A stretch of DNA of 64,000 nt from an uncultured Verrucomicrobiae bacterium (GCA_963812605.1 CAWEWF010000001.1:355580-419579), one strand, 5' to 3'. Shown: positions 29,517-41,044, numbered from the stretch's first letter. The notes: generated by a model from the letters alone, not told the origin. Numbers and translations are program-made.

Positions 29517-32500
29517 ATGGGCAAGAAAAACCGCAAGCCGACGAAACCAACCACCACCGCTGCTCCGGTCGCAGTTATGACGGCGCCGGCCGCCGCGCCG
29601 CCGGAACCGGCGCAAACCCCGCAGGGTTTTTTCACGCCGCAGGACTGGATCGCGGCGGTGATCACGTTCCTGATCTCCGGCTTTGCGTTCCTTTATTTCA
29701 TGTCGCCCGAGGTGACGCTGGAGGACTCCGGCGAACTCGTGACAGGCGCGTTCAACTTCGGCGTGCCCCATCCGCCGGGGTATCCGCTGTGGGCTTTCCT
29801 CGGCTGGGTGTGGCGCCATTTTGTGCCGTTCGGCAATCCCGCGTATCGGATTTGCCTGATGTCGGTGTTGACGGGCGCGCTGGTGGTCGGCGTGCTGACG
29901 TTGTTGATGACGCGTTCGATCATGATGTTGCTGCGCTCGGTGACCTGGGCGAAGGACCTGGAAGATTCCATGAAGCACTGGATGGCGCTGACGATCGGGT
30001 CCGCGGTGGCGCTGCTCTTCGGTTTTAACCGCGGCGTCTGGTTGTGGGCCTGCGTGCCCGAGATGCGCGCCTTGAATTTGTTCATGTTCATCATCACCGC
30101 GTGCACGTTCTTCGCGTGGATGATGCGGCCACAACGGTACGGATTTCTGTACGCAACGATCCTCTTCTATGCACTGGGTCTTTGTGTTCACCAGACCATC
30201 GTAGTGATGGCCGCGGCGTTCATTCCCGGCGCATTCGCCCTGGGACTTTTGTCGGTGTGGGAGCGGCGGCCCTGGCAGACCGCCGTGGTGATGCCGGCGT
30301 TGTCCGCGTTTTGGGAACTCACGGTGGCGGCCCTCCTCGGGTTGGCGGCCAGCGCGTATGTCGACGCGTGGTTGCAGACAGGACCCGGTGGCGAGGTGCT
30401 GGCGCAGAAAGTGAACATGTTCATTCTTTTCGGTCCGCCGATTCCCGCGACGGCCTTGATTTTCATGCCGGCGGCGCTGGCCGTATTGCTGCTGGTCTGG
30501 ATGGGGAATGAAGGGTGGCTGGATCGAAAGAGGGCGCTGATTTGCACCGCGGCGTTTATCATCGGTTGTAGTTGCTACTTCTATATGTCGGTCTCGTCGT
30601 CGACGAATCCGCCGATGAACTGGGGGTACGCCTACACGAAACAGGGATTCCTCCATACCTTTACACGCGGCCAATACGAGAAGCTTAATTTATCCCCGCC
30701 CTGGCACAAGGGGTTCTGGATCCAGGCCGGGCTCTTCGGCCGCGCGCTGTTGCAGCAGTTCAGCCTGCCACTTGAGTCCGTAGCGCACAAGCTTAATTGG
30801 CCAGCCCTTGCAGACTACGACTTCCTGCTCGGCCTGCCGCTTATCGCGTTCGCGTTTGGCACGCTGGCGATGCTGATCGGCTGGTGGAAGGACCTGCACG
30901 GGCGGGCCCGCGCCTGGCTGATCTTTGTCTGGCTGGCGTTCCTGACGACAGGCTTTGTCCTGTTGATGATCATCAACCCGGGCGTCGACAAGCAGAACCA
31001 GGAGATCAACATCAAGTTTTTCGCGCCCGCGCACGGATTCTTTGCGATGATGATTGGGTATGGAATGGCACTGGCGGCGGCATGGGTGTTGGCCCGTTGG
31101 AAGCAGTTTCCACGCGGGTTGATGAAGGCCTTGTGCGTGGCGTCGCTGGCGTTGCCGTTGGTTTCCTTCGAGCGCAACCTGCGGAGCTGCGATCAGCGCG
31201 ACCACGACTTCGGCTACCAGTTCGGCTACCGCATGTTCCGGCCCCTGGGTGGTTATCCGGATATGGATCGGGACGCCGTCCTCTACGGCGGGAACGGATC
31301 CGGGCCGTTTCGTGCCGACGTATATGATTTTCTGCGAGAGCCGCGTGCCTCCCAAGGATCGCTACCGCGATCCGCATTTCGATTCCGAGGGCAGCCCGAA
31401 TTTTGACCGCCGCGACGTGTATATCATCACCCAAAACGCGCTGGCCGACAGCACCTACATGTCCTACATCCGCGACCACTACGATTACACGCGGCCGGAT
31501 CCCAACAACCCGCAAACTCTCGAGCGCCGGCAGCCCTGGCAGCGGGCGGTGTTCCGCTGGGGTTGGACGCATCTCCATCGCGACACCATGTATCCCAAGG
31601 AGCCGATTTGGATTCCCAGTGAATTGGATACACAACATGCGTTTCAGGAGTACATCACCAACGTGCAAGCCGCCAGGCGCACGGCGAGGTGCTCAGCGCC
31701 GACGAAAATGTCACGGTCGAAGGCGGCGCCGTGCAGGTGCGCGGCGTGGCGGGCGTGATGAACATCAACGGCATCCTCACCAAGTGGATTTTCGACCATG
31801 CCAAGGACAAGCATTCGTTCTACGTCGAGGAGAGCTACGTCATTCCGTGGATGTACCCGTATCTCACGCCGGCCGGGATCATCATGAAGATCAACCACGA
31901 TCCGCTGCCCAGCCCGCAGCAGGACCCGAAACTCTGGCAGGACATCGTCAACCGCGACAAGGCTTATTGGAACAAACTCTGTGACGAATTGAACGCGCGC
32001 GAGCAGTTCCACCGCGACACCGACGCGCAGAAGACATTTTCCAAGCTGCGTTCGGCCATCGGCGGCCTCTATGCATCGCGGCAGATGGCGGTGGAGGCGG
32101 AATACGCGTTCAAGCAGGCCCTCCAGCTCTGTCCGGAAAGTCCCGAAGGCAATTTCCGCCTCGCCCAGCTTTACATGGAGCTTGGCCGCACCGACGATGC
32201 CCTGGCCACGCTGGAAGCGTTGCAGAAACTTGACCCGCTCAACGACAAAATCACGGGGGCCATCGACCAAATCAAGAGCATCAAACAGTCGCGGCAGGAT
32301 GTCCCCCAACTGGAGGCGGCATACACGAACAATCCGCACGACTTCGGGTTGTTGAGCCAATTGGCGCAAGCCTACATGAAAGCCGGACAGAAAGACCGTG
32401 TTGATACGCTCTTGGGCAGTTATCTGGCGCAAAAAGATATCCCTCCCGACGCCTTTTTACAGGCGGCCCAGGCCTACTGGAATATTGGCCAACACGAATC

Positions 32501-32729
32501 GGCCATGAGCGCACTGCAAACCATGACGGAGCGTTTCCCGCAGGACGCGCGAGGTTATTACTTCATCGCCATGATGAGCGCCATGGTGAACAACACCGCC
32601 ACGGCCCTCCCCATGCTGGAGAAAGCCTTCTCCCTGGCGCCGCAGCTTCGAGCGCAGGCAGCGAACGAGCAGCAGTTCATCAATCTTCGCGGCAACCCGG
32701 AGTTCCAGCGGCTCGTCGGCACTCCTTAA
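29517..32729 (+). CDS. Large polytopic membrane protein (DUF2723-like, putative O-mannosyltransferase-like) with C-terminal TPR repeats; interrupted by two frameshifts (possible pseudogene or assembly indels)
   Basis: N-terminal motif FNFGVPHPPGYPLWAF and more than 10 TM helices (ORF 29517-31406). The sequence continues in another frame (31249-31758) and then in a third frame (31689-32729), which carries TPR-like repeats (ALQLCPESPEGNFRLAQLYMELGRTDDALATLE...). Confidence 0.5.
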
Positions 32730-32735
32730 TGCGCC

Positions 32736-33395
32736 ATGGCGAGGGAGTCTCACGAAGCGAAGCGGGTTCGCGTCAGGAAAATCATCGCGCTCCTGAAACG
32801 CGCGCATCCGGACGCGAAACTGGCGCTGGATTTCTCGGACCCGCTCGAGTTGCTGGTGGCACTGATCCTTGCCGCGCAGGCGCGGGACGATCTCGTCAAC
32901 CTCGTGACGCCGGAATTATTCCGCAAGTATCGCACCGCCGCCGCCTACGCTAACGAGAAGGAAGCGGTGCTTCAAAAGCAGGTGAGCCGGATCAATTTCT
33001 TCCGCCAAAAGACCCGCTCGATCCAGGGGGCGTGCGCAATGTTGGTGAAGGACTTCGACGGGCGGGTGCCCGAGAACATTGACGATCTCCTGAAACTGCC
33101 CGGCGTCGGGCGCAAGACCGCCAACGCCATCCTGGCCAATGCGTTTGGGCAGCCGGCGATTGTGGTCGATACGCATACTTGGCGGTTGTCGCAGCGTCTG
33201 GGATTGACGGGCCAGGACACGCCGGACAAAATCGAGACTGACCTGGCGGCGCTCCTGCCGCGGAAGGAGTGGACGAGATTCTGCCACCTGCTACAGTTCC
33301 ACGGGCGACGCGTGTGCACGGCGAGAAATCCCAACTGCCCGAATTGTTCGATTAACAAACTCTGCCCCTGGCCGGAGAAAACGAAGGCGAAGTGA
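32736..33395 (+). CDS. nth: Endonuclease III
   Basis: HhH-GPD motif LPGVGRKTANAIL and a C-X6-C-X2-C-X5-C [4Fe-4S] cluster. Confidence 0.85.
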   Translation: MARESHEAKRVRVRKIIALLKRAHPDAKLALDFSDPLELLVALILAAQARDDLVNLVTPELFRKYRTAAAYANEKEAVLQKQVSRINFFRQKTRSIQGACAMLVKDFDGRVPENIDDLLKLPGVGRKTANAILANAFGQPAIVVDTHTWRLSQRLGLTGQDTPDKIETDLAALLPRKEWTRFCHLLQFHGRRVCTARNPNCPNCSINKLCPWPEKTKAK

Positions 33396-33712
33396 AACCG
33401 AAGAAGATTGAAACCGTGAACAACATCCTCGCCATCGTGTGGGAGGATGGGCACGAGAGCTATTTCGATTTCGAGACGTTGCGGCGCGCCTGCCCGTGCG
33501 CGATGTGCAAGGGCGAGACCAATGTGCTCGTCGAGTACAAACCGCCCTCGCAGAAGCTCACGCCGGCCAGCTTTGAACTGCGGAGTTGGCAGTACGTCGG
33601 CGGCTACGCCATCCAGCCGCAATGGGGCGATGGCCATGCCTCGGGCATCCTGTCGTTCCAATACCTGCGTGACCTCGACCCCGATGCGCCCCGGAAACCG
33701 GTCCCGTCGTGA
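33392..33712 (+). CDS. DUF971 family protein
   Basis: ILAIVWEDGHESYFDFETLRRACPCAMC pattern; 106 aa. Confidence 0.55.
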   Translation: MKPKKIETVNNILAIVWEDGHESYFDFETLRRACPCAMCKGETNVLVEYKPPSQKLTPASFELRSWQYVGGYAIQPQWGDGHASGILSFQYLRDLDPDAPRKPVPS

Positions 33713-34509
33713 GAATCATCGATCCCCACTGTCACATGGTGGCGCGCGTGACGGATGATTACGAACGGATGGCGCTGGCGGGCATTGAGGCTGTCGTCGA
33801 GCCGGCTTTCTGGCTTGGTTCACCGCGGACCAGCGTCGGCACGTTCATCGACTACTTCGAGATGATTATCGGGTGGGAGACGCAGCGCGCGAAGAACCAC
33901 GGTATCGAGCATTTTACCTGCATCGCAATGAACCCGCGTGAGGCGAACAACGTCCCACTGACGCGGGAAGTTCTGCCGGTCGTGGAAAAGTTTTGTCGCC
34001 GCGAGACTTGTGTCGCCGTCGGCGAGATCGGTTTCGACCGCCAGACCGACGAAGAGGAAGCCGCTATTCGCGCGCAGCTCAAGCTGGCGAAGAAATTCGA
34101 CATGCCGGCGCTGGTTCACCTGCCGCACCAATTCAAAAAAGTCGGCGCTGAGCGCACGCTGCGAGTGGTACGGGACGAAGGGATGAATCCCGACAAAATC
34201 CTGCTCGACCACAACACCGAGGAAACGCTGCCGCTTTATGAAGGCACGCGGTTCTGGCGGGGCATCACGGTGTACCCGGTCACGAAAGTCAGCGTGGAAC
34301 GCGCGGCCAATATGGTCGAGCAATACGGCGTCGAGCGCCTGCTTGTGAATAGCGCGTGTGATTGGGGCCCATCCGACCCGCTTAGCGTGCCGAAGGTGGT
34401 GCTTGAGTTGAAGCAGCGTGGTTTTCCTGTCGACCAGATCGAACAACTTGTCTTCCACAACCCGCAGGAGTTTTTCGGCCAGAGCGATAAATGGACGTTC
34501 AAAGCGTGA
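33709..34509 (+). CDS. TatD-family metal-dependent hydrolase
   Basis: IDPHCHM at N-terminus; AVGEIGFD motif; 266 aa. Confidence 0.7.
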   Translation: MRIIDPHCHMVARVTDDYERMALAGIEAVVEPAFWLGSPRTSVGTFIDYFEMIIGWETQRAKNHGIEHFTCIAMNPREANNVPLTREVLPVVEKFCRRETCVAVGEIGFDRQTDEEEAAIRAQLKLAKKFDMPALVHLPHQFKKVGAERTLRVVRDEGMNPDKILLDHNTEETLPLYEGTRFWRGITVYPVTKVSVERAANMVEQYGVERLLVNSACDWGPSDPLSVPKVVLELKQRGFPVDQIEQLVFHNPQEFFGQSDKWTFKA

Positions 34510-34577
34510 GGCAGGGCTTCCGTCGTCGTGGTCGATTTCACTGGAACTCACGGCGGACGGGATTTATACAAGCGCGT

Positions 34578-35489
34578 ATGAAACGCGTCGGGGCGCTAAT
34601 GAGCTTGGTTTGCGCCATTCTCTGTGGCGTATATCCGGTGGCGCAAGGCGAGGACGAAGCTTTGCCCGCGGACGTGTACCGCCTCAAGCTGGGGACACTG
34701 GATGAAATGAGCGAGCGCAGCGTGTCGCGGCAGGGCGACATGGCGCTGGGCATCAAGAGCATCACCTGGCAGCACAGCGAATCCGACCATTTCATTTTTC
34801 ACACCGAGGTGGGCTTTGCGGTGACGCAGCTTGTCGGCGTGGCGGAGTGGTCGTATGCGGAGATCAAGAAGGACCTGGAGATCACGCAGGATTCGTTCGA
34901 ACGCAAATGCCACGTCTACGTGTTTCTCAACGAACCGGCCTGGCAACACTTTGTCGGCGAAGGCAAGATGGAGCCCTGGACCGGCGGCTGGTGCACGGGA
35001 CGCGAACTCTTCTTCTGGTCGCGCCCGAATTTCAAGTTCCAGGGCACGACGCTGCCGCATGAGATGACCCATCTGGTGCTCCATCGGTTCGTGGGCGGCG
35101 ACATTCCGCTGTGGCTCAATGAAGGGCTGGCGGAATTCGAAGGCTTTCGCCTCTACCGCACGTATCTCAAGACGCGCAATTACACCCTGCCCAATGTTCG
35201 GGACCACCTGGAACGCGACCAGTATATCTCGTTGGACAACCTGACCGGCATGATCGATTATCCGAGGTCGACCGACGAGGTGACGGCGTTCTACACCGAA
35301 TCGGAGCGGCTGATCAGTTTTTTGTACTACCAGCACGGCGGGCGGGAACCATTGATGAAATTCCTGAAACTGCAGAGCGAGGGCGCGCGATTTGATTCCG
35401 CGTGGCGGGACATCTACGGCACCAAGTCCAGCGACCCGCAGGTGTTCGAAAATAAATTTATCGCGTACGTGACCAAGGCGAAGGAATAG
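34578..35489 (+). CDS. Secreted putative zinc metallopeptidase (HExxH...E)
   Basis: Signal peptide MKRVGALMSLVCAIL; motif LPHEMTHLVLHRF...NEGLAEFE. Confidence 0.4.
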   Translation: MKRVGALMSLVCAILCGVYPVAQGEDEALPADVYRLKLGTLDEMSERSVSRQGDMALGIKSITWQHSESDHFIFHTEVGFAVTQLVGVAEWSYAEIKKDLEITQDSFERKCHVYVFLNEPAWQHFVGEGKMEPWTGGWCTGRELFFWSRPNFKFQGTTLPHEMTHLVLHRFVGGDIPLWLNEGLAEFEGFRLYRTYLKTRNYTLPNVRDHLERDQYISLDNLTGMIDYPRSTDEVTAFYTESERLISFLYYQHGGREPLMKFLKLQSEGARFDSAWRDIYGTKSSDPQVFENKFIAYVTKAKE

Positions 35490-35514
35490 GCAGCGGAGAC
35501 ACGGAGAAATCGCC

Positions 35515-36069
35515 ATGCGCCTCTATCGTATCGTACCCGGGTTGGTTGCGCTGGTTCTTGCGCTGGGATTGGCGACGAGTTCCCACGCCAAAAGCGATGA
35601 GATAGCCGATGTTTCCAAGCTCCCCCGGGCGGTCCAGAAAACCGTCAAGGAACAGGTCGCCGACGGGAAGATTCTGAAGATACAGAAAGAGACCGTCGAC
35701 CGCCGAATTGCCTACGGCGTGGAATGCGCAAAGGGCGAGAAGAAGTGGCAGATCGAAGTGGCGCCCGACGGCAAACTGTTGCTCCGGGCCGAGGAAATGA
35801 ATTTGACGGATCTCTCCGCCGCGGTGCAAAAGACCGTTCGAGAACGCGCCGCCAACGGCAAGATTGAATCCATTGCCAACGTCACTGAAAACGGCCAGTC
35901 GTATTACGAAGCCGCCGTGACCTTCAACGGCCAGGAGAAGACTTTCATTGTCGGCGTGGACGGCAAACTTCTGGACACGCAAATCCCCGACAACCAGGCC
36001 CGCCTGCCCGAAGTTCAGGACCCGCGAAACGGCGAACCCAAAGGCGGCGGGTACGAGAGGCCGGAATAG
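35515..36069 (+). CDS. Secreted protein with two PepSY-like/DUF2874-like repeats
   Basis: Signal peptide; internal tandem repeat (LPRAVQKTVKEQVADGKI...DGKLL / LSAAVQKTVRERAANGKI...DGKLL). Confidence 0.4.
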   Translation: MRLYRIVPGLVALVLALGLATSSHAKSDEIADVSKLPRAVQKTVKEQVADGKILKIQKETVDRRIAYGVECAKGEKKWQIEVAPDGKLLLRAEEMNLTDLSAAVQKTVRERAANGKIESIANVTENGQSYYEAAVTFNGQEKTFIVGVDGKLLDTQIPDNQARLPEVQDPRNGEPKGGGYERPE

Positions 36070-36174
36070 GGTTCCATCACCGTCAGGCTTCACGCATTTG
36101 TAACAATTTCGCAATCATTCCACCACATGACGCGGCTACTCTTCGCTTCGTAGATAGGCGAGAGTTCCTTCCTC

Positions 36175-36212
36175 CGCGGAGGGCGGCGGGTAGTTGCGAA
36201 CCGCCCTCCGCG
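36175..36212. other. Stem-loop: 12-bp perfect inverted repeat CGCGGAGGGCGG / CCGCCCTCCGCG with 14-nt loop
   Basis: Read directly. Intergenic, upstream of the ADH gene. Confidence 0.35.
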
Positions 36213-36350
36213 TTAAGGAAGACAGAGAGCGACACCTGCCCGGTTTTTTTCGGAAGCATATCCATCCATTGCACGACACCTTGCGCCGTGTTTATTCTGT
36301 GAGTACCATTCAGTCGCAACGGCTGGTTGAGAAGACGATTGGAGGCAATT

Positions 36351-37370
36351 ATGGCGAAGATGCGAGTGGCACAGGTTTCCCGCCCGAAGGGACCCTTCGA
36401 GATTGTTGAACGAGAAATCCCGACGCCCCGCGCCGGATCGGTGCGCGTCAAAGTACAGGCCTGCGGCGTTTGCCACGGCGATGTGCTGACCAAGGAGGGA
36501 AGTATGCCGGGCATCCAATACCCGCGAGTTCCCGGCCATGAAGTCATCGGGCTGGTGGATGCCGTCGGCCCCGGGGTTGTCAGCTGGACGCCGGGCGAGC
36601 GGGTGGGGATCGGCTGGAATGGCGGATACTGCGGGCACTGTGATAATTGCCGGCGCGGTGATTTTTTTGTCTGCCAGACGGCCACGCTGATTACGGGTAT
36701 CACGAGCGACGGCGGTTACGCCGATTACATGGTCGCCCCCGCCGAAGCGCTCGCGCGGGTTCCCGGCGAGTTGTCCGGGGTTGAGGCGGCGCCGCTCATG
36801 TGCGCCGGTCTTACCACATTCAACGCTCTCCGTAACAGCGGCGCGCGGGCCGGCGAACTTGTGGCCGTCTTGGGGATTGGTGGACTCGGCCACCTCGGAG
36901 TGCAATACGCGGTGAAAATGGGTTTTAAGACGGTGGCCATTGCCCGCGGGAAGGACAAGGAACCATTGGCGCGCCAGCTGGGAGCGTGGCATTACATCGA
37001 CAGCCAGTCGGAGGACCCGGCGGCAGAACTGGCAAAACTTGGCGGCGCGAAGGTCGTTCTCGCCACGGTGACAAACGGGGAAGCGATGAGCGCGACCGTC
37101 GGCGGGCTGGGCACGCATGGAACGTTAATGGTCCTCGGCGCTCCGCCTTCGCTGACGGTGTCGCCGCATCCGCTCATCGGCGGGGAACGATCGATCCGGG
37201 GCTGGTATTCCGGCACATCGATTGATTCGCAGGACACGCTTTCGTTCAGTGTGCTGTCCGGGTGCGGTCGATGAATGAAGTTTTCCCGCTGGAACGGGTA
37301 AGCGAAGCCTACGATCGCATGATGAGCGGGAAGGCCCGGTTTCGTGTCGTCCTCACCACCGGGCAATAAG
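36351..37370 (+). CDS. Zinc-type alcohol dehydrogenase (MDR family), C-terminus shifted by one frameshift
   Basis: GVCHGD, PGHEVIG and GXGXXG (LGIGGLGH) motifs. The ORF stops at 37274. The canonical C-terminal sequence (VRSMNEVFPLERVSEAYDRMMSGKARFRVVLTTGQ) is readable in the next frame, 37265-37370. The shift sits at a GGG run. Confidence 0.7.
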
Positions 37371-37374
37371 CGAA

Positions 37375-37770
37375 CTAGACTTTCTGGATTTTCCCGAAGA
37401 ATTTGTCCACGAATTTGGCGATCAGGGGCAGCGGTTTGCATTGGCCGGAGCTGGCGTTGATAATCCCGAGAATGCACAGCACCAGCGCGCCCACTTCCAC
37501 GGTGATCAATAGTGGAATTCCGATGCAAATGAAGCAGAGCGGCACGCAGCACAGGGCGCCGACAAAGGCGCAAATATAAAGAGTGAGCGCCTGTTTCGCG
37601 TGATAGAGCGAGTACGCATTGTTCTTATTCGAGATGCACACAATCGACACGATCAAGCCAACCAAAGCGATGGGGATATAAGCCAGTATCGCCATGGTCT
37701 TGCCGCTGTCGATTTCCTGCTGCGAGAGTTGGGAGCCGGTTGCTGGAGGGGGTGTCGTCGCGTCAGTCAT
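37375..37770 (-). CDS. DUF4870-like small membrane protein
   Basis: MAILAYIPIALVGLIVSI...YHAKQAL pattern; three TM segments. Confidence 0.5.
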   Translation of the reverse strand: MTDATTPPPATGSQLSQQEIDSGKTMAILAYIPIALVGLIVSIVCISNKNNAYSLYHAKQALTLYICAFVGALCCVPLCFICIGIPLLITVEVGALVLCILGIINASSGQCKPLPLIAKFVDKFFGKIQKV

Positions 37771-37920
37771 GGCAATCTCCTTAAGGTTCGAGGGGTTTCC
37801 TCGCTCACTGATTTCCCGCGGATCCAAGCCCGTCTTCGATAATCCGTGACGCCCTCCCGTGTGTCAATCGCAAATCGAAACCGCCGGGACGCGCTCGACG
37901 CGGGCGAGAAATTGTGTATA

Positions 37921-38394
37921 ATGGCGAAACCGACCGCCATGAATACATCCAAACTCCAGGCCCTCGCCCAGGATCTCCGCAAACGACCGCCACCCAGCCC
38001 GCACGAAAAACTCGGCGGCTACGTGATTGCGATGCGCAGCCTCGTGAAATGCCGGGCGTTCCTGCTGGGCATGAACGGCGAATACAATTTTCACCCGTGC
38101 GGCCTTTCGGCGTTCCTGTGGCAGTTCACGGGCATCGCGCCCACCCCGTTCAAGGAATTCGTCGCGACCGGCGCGAGCGACGACGAGGTGGCGCACTGGA
38201 TCCGCGAGCAGTCCAAGGTGAAGGACGCCGCGGCGATCATCCGCTGGAACCACCAGATGAAGTGCAAACTCCTCAGCGAGTTGGCGGACAGTTATCTCAC
38301 CTACTACGAGACGTACATCCCGCAGTTTTGTCCGCATCCGAACCGCGTCCGTTTCTTCTTCGACGTGTACGACGACGAAGAAGACCGGCTTTAA
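37921..38394 (+). CDS. Conserved hypothetical protein (possibly DUF5069-like)
   Basis: 158 aa from the ATG at 37921; no definitive motif. Confidence 0.35.
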   Translation: MAKPTAMNTSKLQALAQDLRKRPPPSPHEKLGGYVIAMRSLVKCRAFLLGMNGEYNFHPCGLSAFLWQFTGIAPTPFKEFVATGASDDEVAHWIREQSKVKDAAAIIRWNHQMKCKLLSELADSYLTYYETYIPQFCPHPNRVRFFFDVYDDEEDRL

Positions 38395-38421
38395 GCGGAA
38401 CGGCGCCTCGGTTGCGGTGAA

Positions 38422-38919
38422 ATGGAGATCACCCTCAAACAAGCAACGGCGGCGCAAGCCGGGGCCGTCGCGAGGCTACGGGTCGCAGCCAATGAAAAAC
38501 TCACGCGCGAGTTTGGGCGCGGGCCGTGGACATCCACCGTGACCGAGAAGGGAATCCTGTACGCCATGCGCCTGGGGCGTGTCTACGTTGTCCGGGATGG
38601 GCGAGCGATTATCGGCACCCTTCAATTGACCACGAAGAAGCCGTGGGCGATTGATCGATCGTACTTCAGCAAGTGTGAACGGCCGCTGTATCTCCTGGCG
38701 ATGGCGGTCGAGCCGGACCGGCAACGGCGCGGCATCGGTCGCGCCATGCTGGAGGACGTGAAACGCATGGTGCGAGCGTGGCCGGGAGATACGATTCGGC
38801 TCGATGCGTATGACTTGCCCGGTGGCGGCGGCGAATTCTACGCCAAATGCGGTTACCGCGAAATGGGACGGGTCACCTATCGCGGCGCGCCGCTGATCTA
38901 CTACGAGCTACTGTTGTAG
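38422..38919 (+). CDS. GNAT family N-acetyltransferase
   Basis: Acetyl-CoA-binding motif RQRRGIGRAML; 165 aa. Confidence 0.75.
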   Translation: MEITLKQATAAQAGAVARLRVAANEKLTREFGRGPWTSTVTEKGILYAMRLGRVYVVRDGRAIIGTLQLTTKKPWAIDRSYFSKCERPLYLLAMAVEPDRQRRGIGRAMLEDVKRMVRAWPGDTIRLDAYDLPGGGGEFYAKCGYREMGRVTYRGAPLIYYELLL

Positions 38920-38938
38920 AACGCGGTCAGGCCGGCAA

Positions 38939-39322
38939 TTGCAGACCACGGCGAGGCTGCGGTATTCTGACGTCATGAATTTATCCATCGTGTACCGGAC
39001 TGTGGTGCTGTTGATTTGCTCGAATACCTTTATGACCTTTGCGTGGTACGCCCACTTGCGAAACTGGGGCGACAAGAAATGGTACATCGCGGCGTTGTTG
39101 AGTTGGGGGATTGCGTTGTTCGAGTATTTGCTCCAGGTTCCCGCCAACCGCCTCGGTTACACCACCATGAGCCTGGCGCAATTGAAGGTGACCCAGGAAA
39201 TCATCACGCTCACGGTGTTCGTGCCATTTGCTTTTTTCTACATGCGCCAACCGCTCAAGCTCGACCTTTTATGGGCCGGGGTTTGCCTGGTCGGCGCTGC
39301 GTACTTTATGTTTCGCGGATGA
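38939..39322 (+). CDS. DMT-superfamily small membrane protein (DUF486-like)
   Basis: FMTFAWYAHL...LQVPANRLG...LKVTQEIITL pattern; four TM segments. Confidence 0.65.
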   Translation: MQTTARLRYSDVMNLSIVYRTVVLLICSNTFMTFAWYAHLRNWGDKKWYIAALLSWGIALFEYLLQVPANRLGYTTMSLAQLKVTQEIITLTVFVPFAFFYMRQPLKLDLLWAGVCLVGAAYFMFRG

Positions 39323-39447
39323 CGCTGCGTTGACCTCGAGACAAAACATCCACCGGCGATAGCGCTTCCGAAACCGCCGGCGGATTGTTCAGGACTTTCT
39401 AGTGGCGTTCTTCGTGTTTATGGCGCGGGAACCTTGCGATGATCACG

Positions 39448-39759
39448 TCATGGTGCCGCCATGGTTCCCGTCCGTCTGCATCGAAATTCACGCTGGCCCC
39501 GAGGACAATGCCGGCCGGCACGCGCGGTCCCGAACGCCATTCCCCATTGATCTGCCACCAGTAGACCTGTGTCTCCGGGCACGTAGTACACTTCCTCCTC
39601 GGGATAATAGGTGTAGTGATACACAACCCCCGCCGGAGCCGCTTCGGGCCCGATATGTACGATTACGGTCGCCGCCGAAACACGGGGAACGATCATCGCA
39701 AATCCGCCGACCGCGATCATAAGAATCAGTCCGAATGATAATTTCTGTAACCGCTTCAT
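39448..39759 (-). CDS. Small secreted hypothetical protein; C-terminus possibly frameshifted
   Basis: Signal peptide MKRLQKLSFGLILMIAVGGFAMIVPRVSA. ORF 39399-39626 in another frame is a plausible continuation. Confidence 0.3.
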   Translation of the reverse strand: MKRLQKLSFGLILMIAVGGFAMIVPRVSAATVIVHIGPEAAPAGVVYHYTYYPEEEVYYVPGDTGLLVADQWGMAFGTARAGRHCPRGQREFRCRRTGTMAAP

Positions 39760-39887
39760 GACTTATCCCTCCATTCGTTTTAATTACGGTTCTTTCATCC
39801 ACTACTAATTTAATTGCGCCATTTGCCGGAACAATCGGACATCTCACCGGTTTGCGTCTAGGCCGTGCGCCTAGTCATTAAAACAAT

Positions 39888-39916
39888 GAGGGCCGGGCTT
39901 TTGAAGCCCGGCCCTC
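39888..39916. terminator. Rho-independent terminator-like hairpin: 13-bp stem GAGGGCCGGGCTT / AAGCCCGGCCCTC with 3-nt loop
   Basis: Read directly. Lies immediately downstream of the minus-strand SYLF gene, followed by a T-rich run on the minus strand. Confidence 0.6.
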
Positions 39917-39944
39917 GAACTACTCTGCTGTCACAGCCAACTCA

Positions 39945-40580
39945 CTATTGCGGCGGCGGCTGTGCCGGTGGTGTTGATGGTGCCGCTGGCGGCGTTGAAG
40001 ACGGCGCCGGCTTTTCCGCTGGAGCCGTTTGCGTTGGCGCAGGTTCCGCACTGCTTAGTTCCCGGAACTTGAAGTGCTGTCCACCGACGCTGGCCTCGAA
40101 CATCAGGCCCGACCTGTCCATCGTATAGACGAGCACGCCATGCTGATATTTCGCCTCGGCGCCGGTGCCATCGGCTGCGATCGCGCCACTGAGGGCGGCG
40201 CTGAGGGCGGTCTTGCCATCCTTGAACTCATCGAGCGCCTGCTTTGTCTCGAAGAAGATCACCTCGGAATACGACTGGGCACCCAATTGCGCGCCGACCG
40301 TGGCCTGCGTCAGCTTTGCCGTACCGACCAACCTTCCCCCTTCAAATACCTCCCCCCGGCCTTCCGCTCCACCGATGCCGATCGCACCTTTGCCGACCGA
40401 CGGAAAGATGGCATATCCATAGGCAGAGTCGAACAGTGGGGCCAGTTTTTGATTGTTCCGGAACATGTGCACGGCATCCTGAACCTCCGTGTCCAACCGG
40501 ACCGCGTCGGCGGCCGCTGCCGCGATCGCGCCCACCACTGTCAGTGTTGCGATCAAACTTACCATGCGTAACATCTTCAT
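39945..40580 (-). CDS. SYLF (Ysc84-like, DUF500) domain lipid-binding protein, secreted, with Pro/Ala-rich C-terminal tail
   Basis: Signal peptide; GYAIFPSVGKGAIGIGGAEGRGEVF pattern typical of the SYLF domain. Confidence 0.6.
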   Translation of the reverse strand: MKMLRMVSLIATLTVVGAIAAAAADAVRLDTEVQDAVHMFRNNQKLAPLFDSAYGYAIFPSVGKGAIGIGGAEGRGEVFEGGRLVGTAKLTQATVGAQLGAQSYSEVIFFETKQALDEFKDGKTALSAALSGAIAADGTGAEAKYQHGVLVYTMDRSGLMFEASVGGQHFKFRELSSAEPAPTQTAPAEKPAPSSTPPAAPSTPPAQPPPQ

Positions 40581-40799
40581 TTTGCGTCCCTCCATGCTTG
40601 TTGTTTTCAGAACAACCGAAGCCCCGGCCGATTGTTTTGTCACCCGACTTATTTGTCAGTGCCAACGCAACCAGCCAAAGGTCTCTCGTTGTTCTGCGAT
40701 AATCTCGACCTGGAGATGGGCGGTCGCAATCGGGCGAATGCCTGATCTGTTTCTAGGAGATTCTCTGTATGCCCTCTGTCGCGAGTCGAAAGAGAGTAA

Positions 40800-41044
40800 A
40801 ACAGTTGGCGCGAAGGACTTGAAGCTGCTGGCGAACCCCATTACTGTCGTCTTTACGATGGGGACAGCGCCTGGCAACCGAGGAGGACGTTGCCAGGGTC
40901 ATCTTCACCGCCGCCACCGATGGCACGGACCAACTGCGCTACGTCGCCACCGACGACATTCTGCCGCTCGTCAAGGCCCGGCGCGAAACGTCCGAAGAGC
41001 AGTACATGAAGTTCATGCGGTCGCGTTACCAGCCGCGAGGGTGA
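40800..41044 (+). pseudogene. Gene remnant: frameshifted C-terminal fragment of an unidentified enzyme
   Basis: Protein-like reading ...AKDLKLLANPITVVFTMGTAP in one frame continues as EEDVARVIFTAATDGTDQLRYVATDDILPLVKARRETSEEQYMKFMRSRYQPRG* in another. No start codon, and a stop lies just upstream. Confidence 0.3.
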